A stretch of 32,000 bases of DNA, from the NCBI RefSeq assembly GCF_000009045.1, contig NC_000964.3:1710001-1742000 (forward strand). The letters are read 5' to 3'. The DNA is from Bacillus subtilis subsp. subtilis str. 168 (GTDB taxonomy: Bacteria > Bacillota > Bacilli > Bacillales > Bacillaceae). Position 1 is the stretch's first letter; every line of letters begins with the position of its first letter. The translations under genes were made by a program, and so were the position numbers. Below are positions 10,526 to 22,280 of this stretch, in pieces. The notes below the pieces were generated by a model. The model made no database searches, was not told where the DNA came from, and saw only the letters and a list, made by a program, of their open reading frames with translations.

Positions 10526-11083
10526 GTGTCAAAAGAAGTATTAACTCAAACAAAAGAAAAAATGGAAAAAGCAATTGCTGCTTATCAGCGCGAATTGGCT
10601 ACTGTACGCGCAGGCCGTGCAAATCCATCATTATTAGATAAAGTAACGGTTGAATATTACGGAGCGCAGACACCTTTAAATCAGTTGTCTTCTATTAACG
10701 TGCCTGAAGCTCGTATGCTCGTTATCACGCCATACGATAAAACAGCAATCGGTGATATCGAAAAAGCGATTTTAAAAGCTGATTTAGGTCTTACACCAAC
10801 AAGTGACGGCAATATGATTCGAATTGCAATTCCGGCACTAACAGAAGAGAGACGGAAAGAATTAGTGAAAGTTGTAAAAAAATATGCTGAAGAAGCAAAA
10901 GTAGCTGTTCGTAACGTTCGCCGTGATGCTAACGATGATCTCAAAAAACTTGAGAAAAACGGAGACATTACTGAGGATGAACTGCGTGCTTCCACTGAAG
11001 ACGTTCAAAAACTGACAGATGAATATGTGTCAAAAATTGACAGTGTCACAAAAGACAAAGAAAAAGAAATCATGGAAGTTTAA
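10526..11083 (+). CDS. frr: Ribosome recycling factor
   Basis: RRF family sequence ([16 protein letters not shown]..., ERRKELVK), 185 aa. The GTG start lies 1 nt after the pyrH stop, behind GAGGGGGA. Confidence 0.96.
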   Translation: MSKEVLTQTKEKMEKAIAAYQRELATVRAGRANPSLLDKVTVEYYGAQTPLNQLSSINVPEARMLVITPYDKTAIGDIEKAILKADLGLTPTSDGNMIRIAIPALTEERRKELVKVVKKYAEEAKVAVRNVRRDANDDLKKLEKNGDITEDELRASTEDVQKLTDEYVSKIDSVTKDKEKEIMEV

Positions 11084-11116
11084 TGAAAAACTATGTACAA
11101 TAGATAATAGTGAAAA

Positions 11117-11147
11117 GACCCTCTCATGTTTACAGGGGGTTTTTTTG
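11117..11147 (+). terminator. Intrinsic terminator after frr
   Basis: Stem ACCCTC (11118-11123) paired with GGGGGT (11135-11140, one G.U pair), followed by TTTTTTT (11140-11146). Confidence 0.65.
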
Positions 11148-11213
11148 TTAATACTGTTGATTACATTGATTATCAGCAGGGAATGTAACCTTTTTGGGTG
11201 ACGGAGGAATCTC

Positions 11214-11996
11214 ATGCTCAACATACTCAAAAATTGGAAGAATCAGCAAACTGCGGCTTCCAACTTAGAACGTTATACAAAAGAAGACATACTTAAGGGA
11301 GAAATTCCCGAACACATCGCCATTATCATGGATGGAAATGGCCGTTGGGCTAAAAAACGCTCTCTTCCCAGAATTGCAGGCCACCATGAAGGGATGAAGG
11401 TGGTAAAAAGGACCACGAAGCTCGCAAACGAATTAGGTGTCAAAGTACTGACATTGTATGCATTTTCAACAGAAAACTGGAAAAGACCGAAAATGGAGGT
11501 CGATTTTTTAATGAAGCTTCCGGAAGAATTTTTGAATACGTATCTTCCAGAGCTTGTTGAGGAAAATGTACAGGTTCGGATCATTGGGGATGAAACGGCT
11601 TTGCCGGCGCACACATTACGTGCGATTGAAAAAGCTGTACAGGACACGGCGCAAAACGACGGAATGATCCTTAATTTTGCTCTTAACTATGGAGGCCGTA
11701 CTGAAATTGTCAGTGCTGCAAAATCACTCGCGGAAAAAGTGAAGGAAGGCTCTTTGAATATTGAAGACATTGATGAATCGCTTTTTTCTACTTATTTGAT
11801 GACTGAATCTTTGCAGGATCCTGAACTTTTAATTCGAACGAGCGGCGAGATAAGGCTGAGTAATTTTATGCTATGGCAGGTTGCCTACAGTGAATTTGTC
11901 TTTACTGACGTCTTGTGGCCTGACTTTAAAGAAGATCACTTCTTGCAGGCGTTAGGAGAGTTTCAGCAGAGAGGCCGGAGGTTTGGCGGAATTTAG
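11214..11996 (+). CDS. uppS: Undecaprenyl diphosphate synthase (cis-prenyltransferase)
   Basis: Carries the UPPS signatures HIAIIMDGNGRWA and RTSGEIRLSNFMLWQ. GGAGGA SD upstream. Length is 260 aa. Confidence 0.96.
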   Translation: MLNILKNWKNQQTAASNLERYTKEDILKGEIPEHIAIIMDGNGRWAKKRSLPRIAGHHEGMKVVKRTTKLANELGVKVLTLYAFSTENWKRPKMEVDFLMKLPEEFLNTYLPELVEENVQVRIIGDETALPAHTLRAIEKAVQDTAQNDGMILNFALNYGGRTEIVSAAKSLAEKVKEGSLNIEDIDESLFSTYLMTESLQDPELLIRTSGEIRLSNFMLWQVAYSEFVFTDVLWPDFKEDHFLQALGEFQQRGRRFGGI

Positions 11997-11999
11997 AGG

Positions 12000-12809
12000 A
12001 TGGTGGACATGAAACAAAGAATTTTGACAGGTGTTCTGGCAGCAATTGTATTTTTATTTTTGGTTATTGTCGGGAAATTGCCGTTCACCATATTAATTTA
12101 TGCTATGGGCAGTGTGGCGCTTTTTGAACTTTTACGGATGAAAAAGCTGAAGCTGGTTTCACTGCCGGGTTTGATCGGTCTTTTATTATTGTGGATGTTC
12201 TTATTACCAAGCCAGTATTCGTTTTTTGAAGCGGACGGGATTTCCAAAATGGAAATCGCTTTATTTGCGGTACTGCTATTGCTGACTTACACAGTGTTGG
12301 TCAAGAACACCTTTACTTTTGATGAAGTCGGGTTTATTACGCTTGCAGCAATTTACATCGGAATGTGTTTTCATTATTTTATCGAAATCAGAAATCTTGA
12401 CCAATACGGATTAACATACATTTTTTATGCGTGTGTTGTCATTTGGTCCACCGATTCCGGTGCCTATTTTGTCGGTAAATCGCTTGGGAAGCGGAAACTG
12501 TGGCCTGAAATCAGTCCGAATAAAACAGTGGAAGGGTTTGCAGGCGGAATTGTCATCGCACTTGTATTGGCGACGATTTTTCAGCTTGTTGCACAACTTC
12601 CGATCCCGTATATCTATCTGCTGTTGATCACGCTGTTTTTGTCTGTTTTTGGACAACTGGGAGATTTAGTGGAATCCGCCTTGAAAAGACATTACGATGT
12701 AAAGGATTCTGGGAATATTCTTCCCGGGCATGGCGGTATATTAGACCGTTTTGACAGTTTCTTGTTTGTCATGCCTTTCTTGTACTTTCTGCTTGCCCTT
12801 TTTTCATAA
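12000..12809 (+). CDS. cdsA: Phosphatidate cytidylyltransferase (CDP-diglyceride synthase)
   Basis: Polytopic membrane protein with the CdsA signature SGAYFVGKSLGKRKLWPEISPNKTVEG...GDLVES. The ATG at 12000 is the longest ORF. The ATG at 12009 has better spacing (8 nt) from GAGGA at 11996-12000. Confidence 0.93.
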   Translation: MVDMKQRILTGVLAAIVFLFLVIVGKLPFTILIYAMGSVALFELLRMKKLKLVSLPGLIGLLLLWMFLLPSQYSFFEADGISKMEIALFAVLLLLTYTVLVKNTFTFDEVGFITLAAIYIGMCFHYFIEIRNLDQYGLTYIFYACVVIWSTDSGAYFVGKSLGKRKLWPEISPNKTVEGFAGGIVIALVLATIFQLVAQLPIPYIYLLLITLFLSVFGQLGDLVESALKRHYDVKDSGNILPGHGGILDRFDSFLFVMPFLYFLLALFS

Positions 12810-12870
12810 AAAAGTCTAATATGAATATGAGACTGATCATGCAGCAATAAGAATAGGAGTAGTGGCAACT

Positions 12871-14022
12871 TTGAAAAATATTTGTCTTTTAGGAGCAACA
12901 GGATCAATCGGCGAACAGACTCTTGATGTACTGCGTGCACATCAAGACCAATTTCAGCTGGTATCTATGTCGTTTGGCAGAAATATTGATAAGGCCGTTC
13001 CAATGATTGAGGTCTTTCAGCCGAAGTTTGTCTCTGTCGGTGATCTGGATACATATCATAAATTAAAACAAATGTCTTTTTCTTTTGAATGCCAAATCGG
13101 GCTGGGAGAAGAAGGACTGATAGAAGCAGCAGTGATGGAGGAGGTTGACATTGTTGTCAACGCTTTGCTTGGAAGCGTCGGTCTTATCCCGACATTAAAG
13201 GCAATTGAACAGAAAAAAACAATTGCGCTTGCAAATAAGGAAACTCTTGTCACTGCAGGGCATATAGTAAAAGAACATGCTAAGAAATATGATGTTCCGC
13301 TGCTGCCTGTTGACAGTGAGCATTCAGCCATTTTTCAAGCTCTTCAAGGCGAACAGGCTAAAAACATTGAACGCCTCATCATTACGGCATCCGGCGGAAG
13401 TTTTCGGGACAAGACGCGGGAGGAGCTCGAATCAGTAACGGTTGAAGATGCATTAAAACATCCAAACTGGTCAATGGGTGCAAAAATTACAATTGATTCG
13501 GCTACAATGATGAATAAGGGATTAGAGGTGATCGAGGCACACTGGCTTTTCGATATACCTTATGAACAAATTGATGTGGTTTTACATAAGGAGAGCATCA
13601 TCCATTCAATGGTTGAGTTCCATGATAAAAGTGTGATCGCACAGCTCGGAACTCCGGATATGAGAGTCCCCATTCAATATGCGCTCACTTATCCTGACCG
13701 ATTGCCATTACCAGATGCGAAAAGGCTTGAATTATGGGAAATCGGCAGCCTTCATTTTGAGAAAGCTGATTTTGACAGGTTCCGATGCTTACAATTTGCT
13801 TTTGAATCAGGTAAAATAGGAGGAACAATGCCGACAGTGCTAAATGCGGCAAACGAAGTAGCTGTCGCTGCCTTTTTAGCTGGCAAGATACCGTTTTTGG
13901 CTATTGAAGACTGTATCGAAAAGGCACTAACCCGCCATCAATTACTGAAAAAACCGAGCCTGGCGGACATTCAAGAAGTGGACAAAGATACCCGGGGATA
14001 CGTCAATTCAATACTCACATAA
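12871..14022 (+). CDS. dxr: 1-deoxy-D-xylulose-5-phosphate reductoisomerase
   Basis: NADPH-binding motif [13 protein letters not shown] and catalytic motifs LANKE and DSEHSA. I chose the TTG at 12871 (383 aa), which is 11 nt from AGGAG (12855-12859). The track's GTG at 12862 is only 2 nt from the SD. Confidence 0.94.
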   Translation: MKNICLLGATGSIGEQTLDVLRAHQDQFQLVSMSFGRNIDKAVPMIEVFQPKFVSVGDLDTYHKLKQMSFSFECQIGLGEEGLIEAAVMEEVDIVVNALLGSVGLIPTLKAIEQKKTIALANKETLVTAGHIVKEHAKKYDVPLLPVDSEHSAIFQALQGEQAKNIERLIITASGGSFRDKTREELESVTVEDALKHPNWSMGAKITIDSATMMNKGLEVIEAHWLFDIPYEQIDVVLHKESIIHSMVEFHDKSVIAQLGTPDMRVPIQYALTYPDRLPLPDAKRLELWEIGSLHFEKADFDRFRCLQFAFESGKIGGTMPTVLNAANEVAVAAFLAGKIPFLAIEDCIEKALTRHQLLKKPSLADIQEVDKDTRGYVNSILT

Positions 14023-14028
14023 GGTGGT

Positions 14029-15297
14029 ATGTTCGTGAATACAGTTATAGCGTTTATCATTATTTTCGGAACGCTCGTTTTCTTCCATGAACTGGGCCAT
14101 TTATTGCTAGCCCAAAGAGCGGGAATTCTCTGCCGTGAATTTGCGATCGGCTTCGGTCCAAAGATTTTTTCTTTCAAAAAAAATGAAACAGTTTATACGA
14201 TCAGGCTGCTTCCGGTCGGCGGATTTGTTCGTATGGCCGGCGAAGATCCGGAAATGATTGAGGTGAAACCCGGATACACGGTCGGGCTTCTGTTTAATAA
14301 GGAAGATCAAGTTGAGAAAGTCATCATCAATCAAAAGGAAAAATATCCGGATGCTTTAGTCATTGAAGTGGAAACAGCGGATCTAGAGCATGACATGAAG
14401 ATCACCGGTTATGAACAGGGGAAAGAGGACGAACTTTCCAGCTTTACTGTCAGCGAAACATCCTTTTTTATTGTAGACGGAGAAGAAGTGCAGATTGCGC
14501 CGTATAATCGCCAATTTGGTTCCAAACCTGTATGGCAGCGGATTAAAGCAATTGCTGCAGGGCCGATTATGAACTTTATTTTAGCTTACGTCATTTTAGT
14601 GATGCTTGGGCTGATTCAAGGCGTACCGTCAAATGAACCTATGCTCGGGCAGCTGACAGACAATGGACGGGCGGCTGAAGCAGGGCTAAAAGAAGGGGAT
14701 TATATCCAAAGCATTAACGGAGAGAAAATGAGGTCTTGGACTGACATTGTCTCCGCTGTAAAAGAAAACCCGGAGAAAGAAATGGACGTTGCAGTAAAAA
14801 GAGATAACAAAACGCTTCATATTTCGGTGACTCCGGAAGCTGTTAAAGATGAGAACAAAAAAACAATCGGACGTTTCGGTTCCTATGCGCCGACTGAAAA
14901 AGGCGTACTCTCAGCGGTTGCTTACGGCGCGACATCAACAGTTGATGTCACCAAAGCCATTTTAACCAATCTGAGCAAATTAGTAACAGGCCAATTTAAA
15001 CTCGATATGCTGTCAGGTCCTGTCGGCATATATGACATGACAGACCAAGTGGCGAAAACAGGGATCGTGAACTTATTTCAGTTTGCGGCGTTTTTAAGCA
15101 TTAACCTTGGGATTGTCAACCTGCTTCCGATTCCGGCACTTGACGGAGGAAGACTGTTGTTTCTATTTATTGAAGCGATTCGGGGCAAACCGATTAACAG
15201 GGAAAAAGAAGCATTTGTTGTGTTTATCGGAGTAGCTTTCTTAATGCTTCTTATGCTGGTTGTCACATGGAACGATATCCAGCGGCTGTTTTTGTAA
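14029..15297 (+). CDS. rasP: Site-2 (RIP) zinc metalloprotease RasP/RseP (YluC)
   Basis: HELGH zinc motif in TM1, a central PDZ domain, and NLLPIPALDGG near the C-terminus. The ATG at 14029 is the longest ORF. The GTG at 14035 fits the SD better (see findings). Confidence 0.94.
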   Translation: MFVNTVIAFIIIFGTLVFFHELGHLLLAQRAGILCREFAIGFGPKIFSFKKNETVYTIRLLPVGGFVRMAGEDPEMIEVKPGYTVGLLFNKEDQVEKVIINQKEKYPDALVIEVETADLEHDMKITGYEQGKEDELSSFTVSETSFFIVDGEEVQIAPYNRQFGSKPVWQRIKAIAAGPIMNFILAYVILVMLGLIQGVPSNEPMLGQLTDNGRAAEAGLKEGDYIQSINGEKMRSWTDIVSAVKENPEKEMDVAVKRDNKTLHISVTPEAVKDENKKTIGRFGSYAPTEKGVLSAVAYGATSTVDVTKAILTNLSKLVTGQFKLDMLSGPVGIYDMTDQVAKTGIVNLFQFAAFLSINLGIVNLLPIPALDGGRLLFLFIEAIRGKPINREKEAFVVFIGVAFLMLLMLVVTWNDIQRLFL

Positions 15298-15308
15298 ACG
15301 AAAAGTAA

Positions 15309-17024
<1,716 letters not shown>

Positions 17025-17070
17025 TCACCATAACGATTTATCAAAAAACATGTTAAAATAGAAATAATAG

Positions 17071-17097
17071 AAGGTACCTCATTGCCTGAGGTACCTT
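17071..17097 (+). terminator. Perfect 11-bp hairpin after proS; probable terminator, but with a poor U-tract
   Basis: AAGGTACCTCA (17071-17081) pairs with TGAGGTACCTT (17087-17097) around a 5-nt loop. The downstream sequence is CACTTATGATGTTTTT, so the T-run is displaced by about 13 nt. Confidence 0.5.
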
Positions 17098-17132
17098 CAC
17101 TTATGATGTTTTTAGGGAGGGATACTGTCTTA

Positions 17133-20100
17133 ATGGAACAGTTATCAGTAAACAGAAGGCAGTTTCAAATTCTTCTGCAGCAGATTAATATGACAGATGA
17201 TACCTTCATGACATACTTTGAACATGGCGAGATTAAAAAGCTGACAATTCACAAAGCTTCTAAGTCTTGGCATTTTCATTTTCAATTTAAATCTTTGCTG
17301 CCTTTTCAAATATATGACACATTAACAACGAGGCTGACGCAATCGTTTGCCCACATAGCAAAAGTGACATCTTCAATTGAAGTTCAGGATGCCGAGGTCA
17401 GTGAAAGTATCGTTCAAGACTACTGGTCACGCTGCATTGAAGAACTGCAGGGCATTTCGCCGCCGATTATCAGTCTTTTAAACCAGCAAAAACCGAAGCT
17501 GAAGGGCAATAAACTGATTGTCAAAACCAAAACAGATACAGAAGCGGCTGCGCTAAAGAACAAATACAGTTCCATGATTCAAGCAGAATACCGTCAATTT
17601 GGCTTTCCGGATCTTCAGCTTGATGCTGAAATATTTGTATCCGAGCAAGAAGTTCAAAAGTTTCGGGAGCAAAAGCTTGCGGAAGACCAAGAGCGGGCTA
17701 TGCAGGCCTTGATTGAAATGGAGAAGAAAGATAAAGAAAGTGATGAAGACCAAGCACCATCTGGTCCTCTTGTTATCGGTTATCAAATTAAAGATAACGA
17801 GGAAATCCGAACACTTGACAGCATCATGGACGAAGAACGGAGAATTACGGTCCAAGGTTATGTGTTTGATGTGGAGACGCGCGAGCTGAAGAGCGGGCGC
17901 ACGCTGTGTATCTTCAAAATTACAGACTATACAAATAGTATTTTGATCAAAATGTTTGCACGTGAAAAAGAAGATGCGGCGCTGATGAAGTCTCTGAAAA
18001 AAGGAATGTGGGTAAAAGCACGCGGAAGCATTCAAAATGATACATTTGTCAGAGACCTTGTCATGATCGCAAATGACGTAAACGAAATAAAAGCAAAAAC
18101 CCGTGAAGATTCAGCACCTGAAGGAGAAAAAAGAGTGGAATTGCATCTTCATTCCCCAATGAGCCAAATGGATGCTGTTACGGGTATCGGAAAGCTTGTC
18201 GAACAGGCGAAAAAATGGGGGCATGAGGCCATCGCTTTGACCGACCATGCTGTCGTTCAATCCTTCCCTGATGCGTATTCTGCGGCCAAAAAGCATGGAA
18301 TTAAAATGATTTACGGGATGGAAGCGAATCTCGTGGATGATGGCGTGCCAATTGCTTATAATGCCGCACATCGTCTGCTCGAAGAAGAAACATATGTTGT
18401 TTTTGACGTTGAGACGACAGGATTGTCTGCTGTATACGATACCATTATTGAGCTGGCTGCAGTAAAAGTAAAAGGCGGAGAAATTATTGATAAATTTGAG
18501 GCGTTTGCGAACCCGCATCGTCCGCTTTCCGCCACAATCATAGAGCTGACAGGGATCACAGATGATATGCTACAAGACGCTCCGGATGTCGTAGATGTAA
18601 TAAGAGATTTCAGAGAATGGATTGGCGATGATATTCTTGTCGCTCATAATGCAAGCTTTGATATGGGATTCTTAAATGTAGCCTATAAAAAACTTCTTGA
18701 AGTCGAAAAAGCTAAAAACCCAGTCATTGATACGCTTGAACTTGGACGTTTTCTCTATCCGGAATTTAAGAACCACCGGTTGAACACACTTTGTAAAAAG
18801 TTTGATATCGAGCTCACACAGCATCACCGTGCGATCTATGATACTGAGGCAACCGCTTATTTGCTTCTGAAAATGCTGAAAGACGCAGCTGAAAAAGGTA
18901 TTCAGTACCATGATGAGTTGAATGAAAATATGGGTCAGTCCAATGCTTATCAAAGATCAAGACCGTATCATGCAACATTACTTGCCGTGAACAGCACGGG
19001 ACTTAAAAATTTATTTAAGCTTGTGTCACTTTCTCATATTCATTATTTTTACAGAGTGCCGCGTATTCCGAGATCTCAGCTTGAGAAATACAGGGAAGGG
19101 CTTCTGATCGGTTCTGCTTGTGACAGGGGAGAGGTTTTTGAGGGAATGATGCAAAAATCGCCTGAAGAGGTGGAAGATATCGCGTCATTCTATGATTACC
19201 TTGAGGTTCAGCCGCCTGAAGTGTATCGTCACTTGCTGGAGCTTGAACTGGTCCGTGATGAAAAAGCGCTGAAAGAAATTATTGCGAATATCACGAAGCT
19301 GGGGGAAAAGCTTAATAAACCGGTTGTTGCTACGGGAAATGTTCATTACTTGAATGATGAGGATAAAATCTACAGAAAGATTTTAATATCCTCACAAGGC
19401 GGGGCAAATCCGCTGAATAGGCATGAACTGCCGAAAGTGCATTTCAGAACGACAGACGAAATGCTTGAAGCTTTTTCTTTCTTAGGTGAAGAAAAAGCGA
19501 AGGAGATCGTAGTCACCAATACCCAAAAGGTTGCTTCTTTAGTTGATGACATCAAGCCGATTAAAGATGATTTATATACGCCGAAAATCGAAGGCGCTGA
19601 TGAAGAGATCAGAGAAATGAGCTATCAGCGTGCAAGAAGCATTTACGGGGAAGAGCTGCCTGAAATTGTCGAAGCGCGGATTGAAAAAGAGTTAAAGAGT
19701 ATTATTGGCCACGGATTTGCTGTTATTTACTTGATCTCTCACAAACTTGTAAAACGTTCACTAGATGACGGGTATCTCGTTGGTTCCCGTGGTTCCGTAG
19801 GATCTTCATTAGTTGCGACACTTACTGAGATTACTGAGGTAAACCCGCTGCCGCCGCACTATGTTTGTCCTGAGTGCCAGCATTCTGAGTTCTTTAATGA
19901 CGGTTCTGTCGGTTCTGGTTTTGACCTGCCTGACAAGACATGCCCTCATTGCGGAACGCCTTTGAAAAAAGACGGCCATGATATTCCATTTGAAACGTTC
20001 TTAGGATTTAAAGGGGACAAAGTACCTGATATCGATTTGAACTTCTCAGGGGAATATCAGCCGCAAGCACACAATTACACAAAAGTATTGTTCGGAGAAG

Positions 20101-21446
20101 ACAATGTATATCGTGCGGGAACAATAGGCACGGTGGCAGAAAAAACAGCCTACGGTTATGTAAAAGGCTATGCCGGAGACAACAATCTTCATATGCGCGG
20201 TGCCGAAATAGATCGGCTCGTACAGGGATGCACAGGTGTAAAACGTACAACTGGACAGCACCCTGGCGGTATTATCGTAGTTCCGGATTATATGGATATT
20301 TATGATTTTTCACCGATCCAGTTCCCGGCAGATGCCACAGGTTCAGAGTGGAAAACGACTCATTTTGATTTCCACTCCATCCATGACAACCTGTTAAAAC
20401 TTGATATTCTCGGACACGATGACCCGACTGTTATTCGGATGCTTCAAGACTTAAGCGGAATAGATCCGAAAACAATTCCGACGGATGATCCTGAAGTGAT
20501 GAAGATCTTCCAGGGAACCGAATCACTCGGTGTGACTGAAGAACAGATTGGCTGTAAAACGGGCACTCTTGGAATTCCTGAATTCGGAACCCGATTTGTC
20601 CGGCAGATGCTTGAAGATACAAAGCCGACCACTTTTTCTGAGCTCGTTCAGATTTCAGGCTTGTCTCACGGAACTGATGTATGGCTTGGCAATGCACAGG
20701 AGCTCATCCACAATAATATTTGTGAGCTGAGTGAGGTTATCGGCTGCCGTGATGACATTATGGTTTATTTAATCTATCAAGGCCTTGAGCCGTCCCTTGC
20801 CTTTAAAATCATGGAATTCGTGCGTAAAGGAAAAGGATTAACGCCTGAATGGGAAGAAGAAATGAAAAATAACAATGTCCCAGACTGGTATATTGATTCC
20901 TGTAAAAAGATTAAATACATGTTCCCGAAAGCCCACGCCGCGGCATATGTCTTAATGGCAGTCCGCATTGCTTACTTTAAAGTGCATCATGCTCTTTTGT
21001 ATTATGCGGCTTATTTTACCGTTCGTGCAGATGACTTTGATATTGATACAATGATCAAGGGCTCTACAGCAATCAGAGCGGTAATGGAGGATATAAACGC
21101 TAAAGGACTTGATGCTTCACCGAAGGAAAAGAACCTTCTGACTGTTTTAGAATTAGCGCTTGAGATGTGTGAGAGAGGCTATTCATTCCAAAAAGTCGAT
21201 TTATATCGCTCCAGCGCCACAGAGTTTATTATTGACGGCAACAGTCTTATTCCGCCGTTTAACTCTATTCCAGGGTTAGGGACGAACGCTGCTTTGAACA
21301 TTGTAAAAGCTCGCGAAGAAGGCGAATTCCTCTCAAAAGAAGATTTGCAAAAGAGAGGGAAAGTATCAAAAACGATTTTAGAGTACTTAGATCGCCATGG
21401 CTGTCTGGAGTCACTGCCTGATCAAAACCAATTGTCACTGTTCTAA
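17133..21446 (+). CDS. polC: DNA polymerase III alpha subunit, PolC type (Gram-positive replicase with an intrinsic 3'-5' exonuclease)
   Basis: PHP motif ([12 protein letters not shown]), DnaQ-like Exo I/II/III motifs ([29 protein letters not shown]), a CPEC...CPHC zinc finger and a Pol III alpha core. The ATG at 17133 gives 1437 aa. The track's TTG at 17082 lies inside the proS hairpin and is rejected. Confidence 0.97.
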   Translation: MEQLSVNRRQFQILLQQINMTDDTFMTYFEHGEIKKLTIHKASKSWHFHFQFKSLLPFQIYDTLTTRLTQSFAHIAKVTSSIEVQDAEVSESIVQDYWSRCIEELQGISPPIISLLNQQKPKLKGNKLIVKTKTDTEAAALKNKYSSMIQAEYRQFGFPDLQLDAEIFVSEQEVQKFREQKLAEDQERAMQALIEMEKKDKESDEDQAPSGPLVIGYQIKDNEEIRTLDSIMDEERRITVQGYVFDVETRELKSGRTLCIFKITDYTNSILIKMFAREKEDAALMKSLKKGMWVKARGSIQNDTFVRDLVMIANDVNEIKAKTREDSAPEGEKRVELHLHSPMSQMDAVTGIGKLVEQAKKWGHEAIALTDHAVVQSFPDAYSAAKKHGIKMIYGMEANLVDDGVPIAYNAAHRLLEEETYVVFDVETTGLSAVYDTIIELAAVKVKGGEIIDKFEAFANPHRPLSATIIELTGITDDMLQDAPDVVDVIRDFREWIGDDILVAHNASFDMGFLNVAYKKLLEVEKAKNPVIDTLELGRFLYPEFKNHRLNTLCKKFDIELTQHHRAIYDTEATAYLLLKMLKDAAEKGIQYHDELNENMGQSNAYQRSRPYHATLLAVNSTGLKNLFKLVSLSHIHYFYRVPRIPRSQLEKYREGLLIGSACDRGEVFEGMMQKSPEEVEDIASFYDYLEVQPPEVYRHLLELELVRDEKALKEIIANITKLGEKLNKPVVATGNVHYLNDEDKIYRKILISSQGGANPLNRHELPKVHFRTTDEMLEAFSFLGEEKAKEIVVTNTQKVASLVDDIKPIKDDLYTPKIEGADEEIREMSYQRARSIYGEELPEIVEARIEKELKSIIGHGFAVIYLISHKLVKRSLDDGYLVGSRGSVGSSLVATLTEITEVNPLPPHYVCPECQHSEFFNDGSVGSGFDLPDKTCPHCGTPLKKDGHDIPFETFLGFKGDKVPDIDLNFSGEYQPQAHNYTKVLFGEDNVYRAGTIGTVAEKTAYGYVKGYAGDNNLHMRGAEIDRLVQGCTGVKRTTGQHPGGIIVVPDYMDIYDFSPIQFPADATGSEWKTTHFDFHSIHDNLLKLDILGHDDPTVIRMLQDLSGIDPKTIPTDDPEVMKIFQGTESLGVTEEQIGCKTGTLGIPEFGTRFVRQMLEDTKPTTFSELVQISGLSHGTDVWLGNAQELIHNNICELSEVIGCRDDIMVYLIYQGLEPSLAFKIMEFVRKGKGLTPEWEEEMKNNNVPDWYIDSCKKIKYMFPKAHAAAYVLMAVRIAYFKVHHALLYYAAYFTVRADDFDIDTMIKGSTAIRAVMEDINAKGLDASPKEKNLLTVLELALEMCERGYSFQKVDLYRSSATEFIIDGNSLIPPFNSIPGLGTNAALNIVKAREEGEFLSKEDLQKRGKVSKTILEYLDRHGCLESLPDQNQLSLF

Positions 21447-21452
21447 TATGGA

Positions 21453-21483
21453 AAGCAGAATTTCTCAGAAATTCTGCTTCTAT
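21453..21483 (+). terminator. Intrinsic terminator after polC
   Basis: Perfect 11-bp stem AGCAGAATTTC (21454-21464) paired with GAAATTCTGCT (21468-21478), a 3-nt loop, then TTCTAT. Confidence 0.65.
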
Positions 21484-21564
21484 GCATACATAAGCGCAAA
21501 AAGTGCCATCGTAATATTAGAGTTTCTGTCACTTGCTTAGGTATGAAGGTAAGCGTATATCCAT

Positions 21565-21593
21565 TTGCAATAAAAATATGGTTATGGTATAGT
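21565..21593 (+). promoter_or_regulatory. SigA promoter of the rimP-nusA-ylxR-ylxQ-infB-ylxP-rbfA operon
   Basis: TTGCAA (21565-21570), a 17-nt spacer, then an extended -10 TGgTATAGT (21585-21593). This is a near-consensus promoter. Confidence 0.7.
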
Positions 21594-21623
21594 TTTATTG
21601 GAAATGCTAACGATTACCGAGGC

Positions 21624-21650
21624 AAAGAGTGGGGAAACCCGCTCTTTTGT
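21624..21650 (+). terminator. Leader terminator/attenuator 1 upstream of rimP
   Basis: Stem 21624-21633 pairs with 21638-21647 (AAAGAGTGGG/CCCGCTCTTT, one G.U pair) around a GAAA tetraloop. The U-tract TCTTTTG is partly inside the stem. Confidence 0.6.
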
Positions 21651-21699
21651 ATTGAACAGGAGAATTTTGTCTCGACATGTTCATCGTTTACTTTTTAGC

Positions 21700-21726
21700 C
21701 CCTGCTCTTTTGAAGCAGGGTTTTTA
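21700..21726 (+). terminator. Leader terminator/attenuator 2 upstream of rimP
   Basis: Stem CCCTGCT (21700-21706) paired with AGCAGGG (21714-21720), a 7-nt loop, then TTTTTA. It lies about 50 nt upstream of the rimP ATG. Confidence 0.65.
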
Positions 21727-21775
21727 TGCAGAGTGACGAGACGAATATGAGATCGACAGCACAAGGAGGAAGAAC

Positions 21776-22246
21776 ATGAGCAAAAAAGTGACTGACACCG
21801 TTCAAGAAATGGCTCAGCCAATCGTAGACAGCCTTCAGCTGGAACTCGTTGACATTGAATTTGTCAAAGAGGGCCAAAGCTGGTTCCTTCGCGTGTTTAT
21901 TGATTCCGATGACGGTGTGGATATTGAGGAATGTGCCAAAGTAAGCGAAGCTTTAAGCGAAAAGCTTGATGAGGCAGACCCAATCAGCCAAAATTACTTT
22001 CTTGAAGTCTCATCTCCAGGAGCTGAGCGTCCGCTAAAGAAAAAAGCCGATTTCGAAAAATCACTAGGAAAAAACGTATACATTAAGACGTATGAGCCTA
22101 TTGACGGCGTAAAAGTGTTTGAAGGTGAACTGGCTGAATTTGATGGACAAACAGTGACAGTTGAGATCACGATCAAAACAAGAAAGAAACGGATCAATAT
22201 TCCGTATGAAAAGATAGCTAATGCAAGATTAGCTGTTACATTCTAA
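21776..22246 (+). CDS. rimP: Ribosome maturation factor RimP (YlxS)
   Basis: RimP/DUF150 family sequence ([22 protein letters not shown]...LEVSSPG). AAGGAGGA SD upstream. First gene of the nusA-infB operon. Length is 156 aa. Confidence 0.95.
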   Translation: MSKKVTDTVQEMAQPIVDSLQLELVDIEFVKEGQSWFLRVFIDSDDGVDIEECAKVSEALSEKLDEADPISQNYFLEVSSPGAERPLKKKADFEKSLGKNVYIKTYEPIDGVKVFEGELAEFDGQTVTVEITIKTRKKRINIPYEKIANARLAVTF

Positions 22247-22280
22247 TGAATACAAATGTTTTAAGGGGGGAGACCGTTAA

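Noticed and set aside
11019-11201. 60-aa + strand ORF spanning the frr 3' end, the frr terminator and the uppS upstream region
   Set aside because: It runs through an intrinsic terminator, is out of frame with frr, and has no SD or recognisable motif.
17082-17132. ORF-track N-terminal extensions: polC from 17082, pyrH from 9760, rbfA from 26400, cheA from 2806, cheW from 4846 and dxr from 12862
   Set aside because: The extended starts fall inside terminator hairpins, promoters, upstream genes or the SD itself. Downstream in-frame starts have proper SD spacing and give the known protein lengths of 1437, 240, 117, 672, 156 and 383 aa.
17553-18035. 160-aa minus-strand ORF inside polC, plus similar ones at 18111-18518, 24564-25028, 24374-24766, 29782-30261 and 15078-15482
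   Set aside because: All of these lie entirely antisense to confidently identified essential genes. They lack SD sequences and recognisable motifs, and they are the size expected by chance in AT-rich antisense frames.
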